20,000 nucleotides of DNA from Paramecium tetraurelia (taxonomy: Eukaryota), in the NCBI GenBank assembly GCA_000165425.1, contig CT868680.1, forward strand, positions 178,320 through 198,319, written 5' to 3'. Each line of letters begins with the position of its first letter. Within the stretch, counting starts at the first letter, position 1. The notes under the pieces were generated by a model that saw only the letters and a program-made list of their open reading frames with translations, made no database searches and was not told the DNA's origin. A program made the position numbers and the translations under genes. This document shows positions 10,367 through 20,000 of the stretch, one piece after another.

Positions 10367-11508
10367 ATGTAACCATATTTCTTCCAGGGTGAACAATAGT
10401 TTGCATTCCAACTAGAATCGGATATCCAAAGTAAATATTATACAAGATTTCTTCAAGAATATATGCCATATTAGAATTACAATGAATTTGCTTATCTGCC
10501 CTAGTTCTCTTATCCTGCCCCATTCCCTGGATACTCGGTTGATTGTTTTCCTGAAAATGAAGTCATACATCAACAGAAATACAAAAAAAGCAAGAAGATC
10601 AAGTAAACATTAAACCACTATGCCAAGGAATACTGATTCCATAGGATTACTTCCAAAAACTCTCGAGTTTGCAAAGCATGCGATCGAAGAGCCTGCTCAA
10701 TCTCAAGCACAGAGAGATCAAATGTACCTAATCCATTTATTTATCCATAGACCCAAATAAATCACTCCTTATTCGATGTTTCATTGCATTTAAGGAGCTC
10801 CTATGCCCAAATTATAATCAGACATCATTTCAAATCAGGAAGCTCAAGGATCTCAAGAAGGATCCCAACAAACACAAAAATAAAAAGGCTAGCATCAATC
10901 AACCAAGAAACCAAAAAAAGAACACATTAACACTGGACATTGGTCCACAGAAGAGCATACAACTTACATAGGCTTTCTTTAATAGTATGAAAGTATTATG
11001 ACTTCTTCTATGATGAAAAAAACCTCCAAAATATTCAAATAAATGAGCGAACTTATTGGCACAAGAACTCCCAGTCAATGCAGAAGCCACCATTAAAAAT
11101 TTAATCCTTATGCTTTGAGGGGGGAAAATGGGAAACGCTTGCCTCGCACCGAAAGAAGCAGAGCTGGGAGAAAAAAGAAGAATCCTTCAAGTGATATTCC
11201 CAAGGCAGGTTAGAATTTCTATTAATATCATAGAAGAAGTCAATCTTCAATAACACCATTTTGATTAAGAATAATTAATGATGATGTATGATAAGCACTT
11301 ACTTCATCAAATGCCTTATGAACAATGGAACCCATATTACGATATGCACTAAAATATCAAAAAAGAGGAGGACTAAGACTAAGAACAATAACATAGTTAA
11401 TAAATTCAACTAAATAACTAATAAGAATATGAAGAATTCGCTAGACTCAATTATCAAAAGCAAATGGATTTCATAGAAGGCCATAATTCAATTGTCAATG
11501 AATATTGA
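10367..11508 (+). CDS. Single-repeat Myb (SHAQKYF class) transcription factor, ~345-363 aa
   Basis: Myb domain at ~10929-11102: NTGHWSTEEHTTYIGFLQQY...KIFKQMSELIGTRTPSQCRSHHQKF. ATG 10367, TGA 11506-11508; intron 11209-11233; one 25-nt frame-restoring intron (best candidate 10603-10627); optional 27-nt introns 10431-10457 and 10724-10750. The 5' exon structure is less certain than the domain call. Confidence 0.9.
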
Positions 11509-11865
11509 AAGAACTATGATTAATAAAATTGTATAATATATATTTATTAAAATTATTGATAATTCAAATTCAACTTTTATAATGCTATATTTTATTTTTA
11601 TATGAAGGGAACATTTTAAAAAGTAAAAATTAAATTATAGAATCTATCTCCTTGGAACTTAGTTTAAAAACGATTAAATATGATGTAAGATCTATTTAAA
11701 TTATAAATATAAATTTAGAAATTCTTAATTCTGTTCTTAAGATATTTAGCTTTCTTAATTTTTTAGTAAATAAATGACAATAAAGTTGAATTTTATTAGG
11801 AAAATATCAAAATTTACTTGTATCGAAAATATAAATAATCTATATATATAAATTGGTGATTGTAT

Positions 11866-14800
11866 TCAATTACTTATACAAGTAGATTTTTCTAGTGTAT
11901 ATAAGTTGCCATCCATTTAGTCAGCAACTTGTTCCTCTGTTTAATCCAGTTCGGATCTTTAGGTTTCACTTTAAAGATCTAATTCAATATATTGAACATT
12001 TTCTGTGAAAATAACTCCATCAAGACTCCTTTTAATCCATGGTGCTTCTGGCTTATTTTCCACATCAATAGACTATGCTCATACATATCAAATATTTAAA
12101 TTACTTAGATGGATTATAGTAACTACTGATCAAATCCGGGTTTCATACAAGGAGAAGGTAACTTAGGTAAACAAAAAGACAGTCTAGTTTCTGCATTTCC
12201 CACTTTAAATTTAGGGAAGACCTCACATAATCTACTAGTCTCTGGAAAAACAAAAACACTCTAAATTTATTGGCCATCAACAGCATCTCTAAGTTGCATT
12301 ATTCCTTAAGCAAGTGTCTAAGGTAATAATCTACCCAATTCTTCAAGCAATAATTTTCCTTCAGGTTTTAGATTATTCTATCCATAATAAGGATTATTAC
12401 TAAAATAGTGGCCACAGCAACATTGTATTAATATTCATGCATATTATAAGTATGATCTTAGAATCTGATATCATCCATTTCGACAGTCAATCTATCAGAC
12501 CCCTCAGAAGAATCTGATTGAACATTTGAAGCAACCCCTTCTCTTTATTGTTGCTTCATTAATTCAAAAGAATTATTCCAGTTATTAATTGCTTTGATAT
12601 AATTACCCTAATAAAATTTCATAACTCCTCTGTAAAACAATAAATCGGATTTCATGAATAAATAGCCTTCAACTTCTGAACTTATGATTTACTTTAATCT
12701 TCTCGAAGCCAATCTGTAACTTATGGATCTCTTAATAGATTTATTCATTGGATTAGAAATTAATATTAATTCCCTTGTATTTTATTCTATTGCAATTTTT
12801 AATGCACTCAAACATTCCTTGTCAATGAACCATCTTTAATCACTCGTAAGATCGTAAACTCTGCTTAAATCTATTAGAGCATTATTAAGATCTTTCTCAA
12901 TAATGAAACACATAGCTCGATAACTCAATAACTAAACATCATTTTATAGGTCAGGAGAATGAGAATATGTTTTTATGGCAGTACCATGAGCACCAAGATG
13001 AAATAGTAAATTACCTGCCCATAAGTAAATTTATGGATCCGTTGGATTTGTTGAAATGTAAGTTTGCAAATCTTCATAAGCCTCAGTTCTATTTCCTAGT
13101 TATGTATTTACTTTTGCTCTATTCAAATACACTTCAGCGTATTTTGGGTCCCAATTTATCGCCACTGTAAAATCGATTAATGCTTGTTATGGATTATCTA
13201 AACATGCTTGAACCAGACCTCTTGCATATAATATTTTTGGATTTCGTTACTCATTCTTTTCAATGGCAATTGTTAAATCTTAAAGAGCTAATTCCAATTA
13301 ACCAAAATAGAATCTTATTATTCCTCTATGATATAATAAGTTTGAACTGTTATCATTTAATGTTACAGCTTTATCAAGATATTTTAATGCATTTTTTATT
13401 AACTTATCTTTTCCATTCATCTAAAGCTTGCTTACAAATTGAATTAAAGTTAAAGCTTTATAAAAATGTGGTTCCATTTTACCTGGAATTAACTAAGAAG
13501 CCTTCTAAAACAAAGATTAGGCTTTATCAAAATAATTTTATTAGGTCAAAGCGATTCCCTCACAAATCACCTTGTTGTAAAATTATGGTGGATCTAAAGG
13601 ATAAAAATTTGATATATAGTTAAAATCTTTCAGAGCGTTTTGATATTTGTTTACTTAAATGAACCCTATATATATAATAAATTATAATACCATAAGCTCT
13701 ATAGACAAAAATATGTTTCTTGATGAACTCACCCAATTATTATTTATTGATCAATTCAGTGAAGATTATAATGGCATCCTTGTACTTACGTTTCATTAGA
13801 AATATTACTCCCTCTGTAAACTGTTTAAGATCAATAATCGATGCCTTTTCCACATCTAAATGATCTACTCTCTATAAAGTATAATAAGCAGAATAGAAAT
13901 CTTTTTAATCAATTTTAATTTTAGCTATTTCTATTAGAGATTTAGTGACAGCTTTTTTACTATTGTTCTCAGTTATTGATTATTCAAAACTTAAAATAGC
14001 TTCATTAAATTCCCCTTTCTTCATAAATATTTAGCCCTTTAAATAGAGTGCCTACGAGTTACTAGAATCATAAATTAAAATCCTATTGATTATTTCTAAA
14101 GCCTTATCAAATTATTCTAATTCTTAATAACATATCACCTTTCTAATCAGCACTTGATGACTATCTGGGATTCCTTCATAAATTATAAGTGCTTCAAAAG
14201 CCTTCCCACAAAGTCTTAAGCAATCCCCTTTCCCCATAGTCCCTTAAAACGTTTGTATATCTTTTTCTAAGGCTGAGGCAATCATAAAATCCTGCATAGC
14301 CAATTTGTATTTTTTTAATTTCAATAACAGCTTTCCTTTTTACAATACTGCATCATAATAGACTGGAGATTGCTTTGCATTGTTTTTCAATAGAAAGTCT
14401 TTCAAAAGCGATATTGCTTCTATAAAGTTGCCTAACTTTCCTAAGGACATGGCTTATAGAACCAAAGCATTTGCATAGAAGTCTCCTTATTGTCTGCATT
14501 TTTAAAAACTATTAATTGCCTTTTCATATTGGTGATTTTGCATGTATATTGTGCCCTTGAGAAATGCTATTTATGATTGGTAATCTTGATTGAGATGAGG
14601 ATGGTCGATTTCTTCAAGCTCTTTCATTGCTTCCTCTAATCTTTAGGCTTTTATCAGTCTTTCACAAGTTTATAGAGCACTGGTTAATGGATGAAGAAAG
14701 AACTTTGTAATCTAGCAATTGTCGCTTGTAGTGCTGCTTATCATTGTCTTACTAAAATAGTGGATTTTAGTTACGTTTATAGAGATAATTTTCTAGTAGA

Positions 14801-15061
14801 TGATTATAGGGTTTTTAGGTTTTTGGAATTAGAAGAACTATTTAAAGTGACTTGAGGGTTTTATATTGAAATACTTTTCCGAGGATTTGAAATGTTTAGT
14901 TATTTTCTCTTGGAATCATCATTCCTTGAACAAACATGTCTATTATCCAGACTTTCAGTTTTAACATTACTACATCTTAGCGTATATTAATATTATCTTC
15001 CTTCATACATTGAAGGGGTCATACTTTTTCTTTTTGGTGATATACTTTGTCTCACTATCAT
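11866..15061 (-). CDS. Large tetratricopeptide-repeat protein, ~1030 aa
   Basis: ATG 15061, TGA 11866-11868; introns 14752-14774, 13666-13690, 12378-12400, 12073-12104 give one open frame. Many TPR units, e.g. SQALYLKGQIFMKKGEFNEAILSFEQSI, LLYHRGIIRFYFGQLELALQDLTIAIEK, ILYARGLVQACLDNPQQALIDFTVAINWDPKYAEVYLNRA. Confidence 0.93.
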
Positions 15062-15858
15062 GAATTTGTTTAGTTAAATATAAAAATTTAAAATTTGATA
15101 TCTAATTAGCAACTTTATTAATGATAAATCTATTATTCAATAGTCACGTAACTTTAATTCGTTCTATTGAACCTATTGTTAGTTCTTATTTAGAGTTCCT
15201 TGGGATAATTTGCATGATAAATATAATATAAAATATTTAACTACATATTTGTTAAGAACAAAAATATTATTAAATAAATTAGTAAAAAATCAAAATTATA
15301 CAATTCAGTGTTGCTCAAAAAATTTTATAGAAAATATCTTTTCCTAAATACCATACTCTTGTTGAAATTTATTCTAAAAATTTGGGATTGCTATGTCTCA
15401 AAGTGAAATATGGTGAGAAGTCTTATTAGTTATATATAAAATTTTTGATTAACATGGATTAAAATGTTATTTTTTATTAAAAGAATTGATGAGGATGTAA
15501 TTATCATAAAGTAATCTGCATTTTAAACATCGAGCAGATTAACCTTATTAATAGTGTTCATGAATAGAGAGCTAAAAAAATAGGAGAATGTCCACTCAAA
15601 AGGAATAAGTAAATTTCGCAAATACTCAAAATTATATGATGGATTTATAACAATTTCATACAAAAAAGTTTTGTAGAAGAATTACGCAAGAAAATTCTAT
15701 TTAATTACAAACTATTAGATATCATAAATTATTTATAATAAATATACAGAAAATCATGTGTGTAATTTGTCTAGTTATAAGGAAGTCGAATTAAACATAG
15801 ATTTATTGTTGTGGTAGAGTGTGAATTAAATTTATAATTAATTATTAATATAATATAA

Positions 15859-16446
15859 ATGTGCATACCATTTTAATCGATTGCACCACCTACTTAAGGA
15901 ACGAAAAAAGCAGTTTAGATGTTGTAAATTTTAGGTGTAAGTGAATTTGTTGTTGGGTTGATTAAATTATTTGTTTTGCAATAAATAGCAGGCTTTTATG
16001 ATTTCTTTACTATCTTCATACATATATGGCATGGGCATAATTAAATTATTGTTATTGGGTAATTGCTGTGTTTTACTTCTTATAAAATGTATTGAAAATC
16101 CTTTATATCTAGTTATTGATGATTTTTATATTTTTTGGTATGAATGTTGAGTGAGCATTTCATTCTTCTAACCTAAAAATTTGGAGTCACATATTTTATA
16201 TTTTTTTTCTATTACATAGGAGTCTGTTATGTAGCATTTTTGGCTTACAGAGAATTCAAAATATTGCAGTATGATCAAATGGAGGATTGATTCAAACAGA
16301 CCAATAGAATGAATGATTGGGCATAAAATATCCAATAATAACAGCAATACTAGTAACAATACTACAATCAGCAAGCGTAACCCTAACAATAAGCATAAAG
16401 AGGGTAGTTTTAAGCATTCTAAGGGAGAGGAGTACAAAAAGGGTGA
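15859..16446 (+). pseudogene. Decayed small multi-pass membrane protein gene with Gln-rich tail and SHP-box-like end
   Basis: MCIPFQSIAPPT...ILGVSEFVVGLIKLFVLQQIAGFYDFFTIFI; frameshift near 16021 into YMAWAQLNYCYWVIAVFYFL; 24-nt intron 16089-16112; TGA 16152-16154 and a return to the first frame; YVAFLAYREFK; in-frame TGA 16288-16290; then a Q-rich tail ending FQAFQGRGVQKG* (TGA 16444-16446). Confidence 0.7.
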
Positions 16447-16492
16447 AAACTGATTTTTGTAATTCAGATTATTAATATATATAATAATATTC

Positions 16493-17985
16493 TCATTTAC
16501 AAGATAGATGGACAAAATTGTAATCATATTTGATATCTTCTTCTTCATTATCGTCAGTTCTCATTCTTGAAGAAAGAGAATTAAAAAAGTAGCTATTTTA
16601 GTATTGCTTTTTGATCAAGAATTTCTTTTTGCTCTACTACTATTGTTGCATTTCTATTTGAGTTTTGATGAACTTTTGTTTTCTGGTAGTAGAGAATTCA
16701 GTATCAAGATGTTGAATAGGTTTAGTTGGTTTAGGTTTTTCTCTAGTGCCAATCTCCAAAAAGTCAAGATTGATATTTTTTTCTATTTCCTTCTTTACCT
16801 CAGTTAGATCATTAAAGTTTTTCTCATAAGACAAGAGTTGTTTCATAAAGTACTTGTTCTTTTATTCTGACAATGATATCAATTACTATTTAATTTGAGG
16901 TATTCTATCAAGAATAGCTTCAAAATGTTCTACTTTCAATTGATACAATTCAGATTGATCAGTATTAGAATAAACTGAATGAGTTCTTGTGATTTGGTTT
17001 TGCATCAACAACTCCATTTCTCCAAACATCTAACCACTTGTAATGTATTTAATAGTAACAAGTTTCTTCATTTATTTATAATAGTTATTTCCAAACTTCT
17101 TCTTTTGATATCTGGCTTCAATGATTTCAGATAATGTTTTTTATTTATGATTCATTCCTAATAATATCTTCTCAAAGTCTCCCATGAACATCTCATTCAA
17201 ATCTATTGTGGATGTTAATACGGTTTTCACAATCTTAAATTCACCCTTCTTGATAATATACACATAATCCAATGAACCTCCTTCTTTATAAACACAAGCA
17301 TTCATGGAATACTTCTTTATGAACACCTTATCGTAGAATGCCTTAATGTCTTGAAATTTCCAATTATGAAACAAATCCAAATTAGCAAATTCCTCAAAAT
17401 ATGTCTTTTTCATCAAATGTTTCACATTATTCAAAATGGTTAAAAAGCTCTCTCTCTCCAAGTATGCTAAATGAGTATTCTCTAGAGTTCTACAGGATGC
17501 AGTTCTTATTGCTTCCACATCCATTCCTCTCTCTCCAAAAGTGTCGCCATTCGATAGTTACTTTATTTCATGATCATATATCGATGCTTAAAGATCATTT
17601 GGATTGAAATCTTTCAGAACCTAAACTCTCCCACTTATTATTATATAAAATTTATCTCCAATATCTCCTTCCTTAAAAATAAAATGGCCCGCTTGCAAAT
17701 ACTTGTATTGTAAGGACTTACAACATTACTCGTGTAATAAATCAGATTCTAGGTTATTAAAAAATTCGATTGATCTAGTTGCTGATCTGAGCATAAAGAC
17801 ATCCGTTGATGTTCTCATTTCACAAGGCTTCTATAACACATACACAATCACATCGATCAAATCCTTGTTGCTCAATTTTATAATGATTCTTACTTTGACC
17901 CTGTCAAACTTTGTCTGAAATCAAACTTCTAAAGGACAGTCGAGGCTCTCCGTACTTATTCTGCGTTAAATATTAATCTTCTCAT
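16493..17985 (-). CDS. Tandem cyclic nucleotide-binding domain protein, ~489 aa
   Basis: ATG 17985, TGA 16493-16495, 23-nt intron 17871-17893. CNB-A: GHFIFKEGDIGDKFYIIISGRV...GDTFGERGMDVEAIRTASC. CNB-B: VYKEGGSLDYVYIIKKGEF...GQMFGEMELLMQNQITRTHSV. Charged C-terminal tail; no kinase or channel domain. Confidence 0.92.
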
Positions 17986-18695
17986 GATATACACTAAAAT
18001 TCCTCTATTATATATGTGAAAAAATAATGCTTCTATTTTTATTACTATCTCAAGTTAAATAAAAAAAACTAATTTCTGTATTCTAAAATTAATTGGTTTA
18101 GGTCAATATTTTATAATAGTAAAAATACTCAATATTTCTGTCCACATAATTCTCGATACCTTATTTTCAAAGTAGCTAAAATCATTTTTCTCTAGAAATT
18201 TATAATTACAGGAAAATATTTTAAGAATATTTTAATTATACCCAATTATTGTAATCATTGCAGTGCAATTTAATTGTTTTAATCTCGGGCATCATCATTA
18301 TTATTTGAGCCTTAATTTAATCATCCTTCTCAATCTATTTTCATATGTATTTTGAAGGAAATCTCTGATCCCTTTTGTAGTAAACCTAAAGAGAACCTCA
18401 CATTAGTACAAATTGATTCACAACAAACTATATAATTCTTAATTATATTAGATTTCTAATCGAAATACCTCCTTTATTCCAAAAGCTAAAAATTAAATAT
18501 TTCCTTTTCGCAGACTTTACTCTGTTTTATAGAATTATAACATTAACAAATTTAAAAATTAAAATAGAATTCTATGTAGATAGTCAGTTTTTCGGATTGT
18601 ATTATTAAATTAGCTAAACATGTAATAGAAAAATTAAAGAAAATTTGAAGAAAATATTCTTATTTTTTCTATTAAATTATATATAATATTATCGA

Positions 18696-19850
18696 ATGAA
18701 CGATAAAAGAATCAAAATATGTGAATTTAGTGATACATGCTAAGTTTAAAATTGTAAAAATTTGCATAGCTCTGACTAAGGGTTCTTTTATAAGGTTTAA
18801 TTGGAAAAGGCAAAGCATTAAATTGTATTTCGATTTGAATATTAAGAAATGTAAAAAAAACTGCAAACACTTTAATACTTGTTTAGATGTCCATGAAAAT
18901 GAAAGGCTATTCATTTAATGTTAAAAGAATTGCGATGATTCAGACTGCATTTTTGCTCATGAAACTAATATACGCCAAAATGAAGAAAGCTTGAAAAATG
19001 CAAACCTATATAAAGAATAGGGGAATGAGTTATATAAAAAAGGAGAATACGAAAATGCAATATCTGCTTTTGATGAGGCAATTGTAATACAAATAATAAT
19101 TATATTCAGAAACACAATAACTAAATGTCTGTACTCTATTCAAATAAGGCATTATGTTATAAGAAGTTAAAAAATTGGAATTAAGTCAAAGAGCTATCTG
19201 TCTAAGCCTTAAAAATAGATGAAAATAATTATAGAGCCCATTATTTAGATGCCATTTCCACAGTAGAACTTATAAAATAGAAGCCAACATCGTCGATAAT
19301 AGATGTCTTGAGAAACCAACTATAAACTCTTTAACTAAGTAGACTTTACTCTTATATTATAGTTGAAATATAAGCCATAGATAGATAATTGCATTCATTA
19401 ATGAATCTAAGCAATGAGAAAAATAAGGTTGAAATCCTCATTGAACATTTTAAAAAGTCAGAAGAGGGTCTAAATTTGTTGAAATATGTCGAGAATTCAA
19501 AATTACCGTAAGAACAAAAAGAGAATCTTGTTTAATTCCTTTGGTCCAAGATTTTACGAGAACAAACTATCTTAAAACCTTTAGGACATGAGGAAGATAT
19601 GCCTGAGCATTTGACTTGTCCAATTACATTTGAAAGTTTTAGTGATCCCGTTTTAACTGATAGCGGATAAACTTATGAACGATTAGCTATTGAGAATCAT
19701 ACAAAAAAAAATGGTTATTTTGATCCTTGCACTAGAAAGCCATTGAAACATCAGTATATATCCAACTTGTAAATACTATGGGCCGTCCAATTCCTAAAAA
19801 AGAAGAAAAAACTTCATCTGTAATTTATAGAAGCCATTTAATTTGAATGA
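18696..19850 (+). CDS. CHIP/STUB1-like TPR + U-box E3 ubiquitin ligase with three N-terminal CCCH zinc fingers, ~360-368 aa
   Basis: ATG 18696, TGA 19848-19850; introns 18825-18846 and 19084-19109, optional in-frame 19339-19362. TPR: ANLYKEQGNELYKKGEYENAISAFDEAI, VLYSNKALCY, NYRAHY. U-box: MPEHLTCPITFESFSDPVLTDSGQTYERLAIENHTKKNGYFDPCTRKPL. Confidence 0.92.
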
Positions 19851-20000
19851 TCTCAATAAAAATTAATATATTAAATATGTAATAGAATATTAGTTTTTCA
19901 TTTAATTATTCTAATTATCAAAAGAGAGTATTCTCTATGATTTAATTAGTTGAAAAGAATTTATCAAAGTGTATAGTCTATATTATTATTTATATAATAT

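Noticed and set aside
10578..10723. Alternative protein-like frame in the Myb gene (EIQKKQEDQVNIKPLCQGILIPQDYFQKL)
   Set aside because: It cannot be joined to the Myb domain with plausible tiny introns and would need two frameshifts. Left unresolved without RNA-seq.
15464..15961. 165-codon code-6 ORF on the + strand
   Set aside because: No motif; with one stop codon, long frames arise by chance in AT-rich DNA. Its end overlaps the 15859 pseudogene in another frame. A relic cannot be excluded.
16288..16290. In-frame TGA as selenocysteine or programmed readthrough
   Set aside because: The same locus has a frameshift and another TGA, there is no redox-motif context and no evident SECIS; pseudogene decay is simpler.
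18100..18600. Coding-like patches on the - strand with an intron-like 24-mer
   Set aside because: Frames are interrupted by TGA, with no start-to-stop model or family signature. Possibly an old relic, but unsupported.
2236..18918. Most ORFs in the supplied six-frame track (e.g. 2236-2424, 3088-3493, 8444-8662, 9455-9799, 12967-13623, 16168-16548, 17401-17918, 18672-18914)
   Set aside because: The track treats TAA/TAG as stops and ignores introns. These ORFs are antisense or off-frame shadows of the code-6 genes. Only 4113-4322, 4443-4652, 16640-16846, 17141-17524 and parts of 8383-8676 and 18721-18918 are true fragments.
1..20000. Functional gene cluster, CRISPR array, transposon, IES, telomeric repeat, tRNA or rRNA
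   Set aside because: No repeat-spacer arrays, transposase/RT motifs, terminal inverted repeats, C4A2/C3A3 tracts or cloverleafs were seen. The nine genes are uninterrupted apart from introns. Mixed orientation and unrelated functions give no support for a co-regulated cluster.

Overview
AT-rich, gene-dense eukaryotic DNA from a ciliate macronuclear-type genome, most likely Paramecium (inferred from the code and intron size). It uses genetic code 6 (TAA/TAG = Gln, only TGA stops) and has tiny 22-32 nt GT-AG introns, so the supplied standard-code ORF track is mostly fragments or antisense shadows. Hand translation with code 6 and splicing gives nine complete genes: septin (-), KDM6/UTX-like JmjC demethylase (-), a small protein with a PP1-docking KKVRF motif (-), a papain-family protein lacking its whole catalytic triad (+), an 8-repeat Pumilio/PUF protein with non-canonical RNA-recognition residues (-), a SHAQKYF-class Myb protein (+), a ~1030 aa TPR protein (-), a tandem cyclic-nucleotide-binding protein (-), and a CHIP/STUB1-like TPR + U-box E3 ligase with three N-terminal CCCH zinc fingers (+). 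There is also a decayed membrane-protein pseudogene and some weak relic ORFs. The CCCH-TPR-U-box architecture, the dead cathepsin and the recoded PUF are the most interesting. All gene models are manual; no database search was run.
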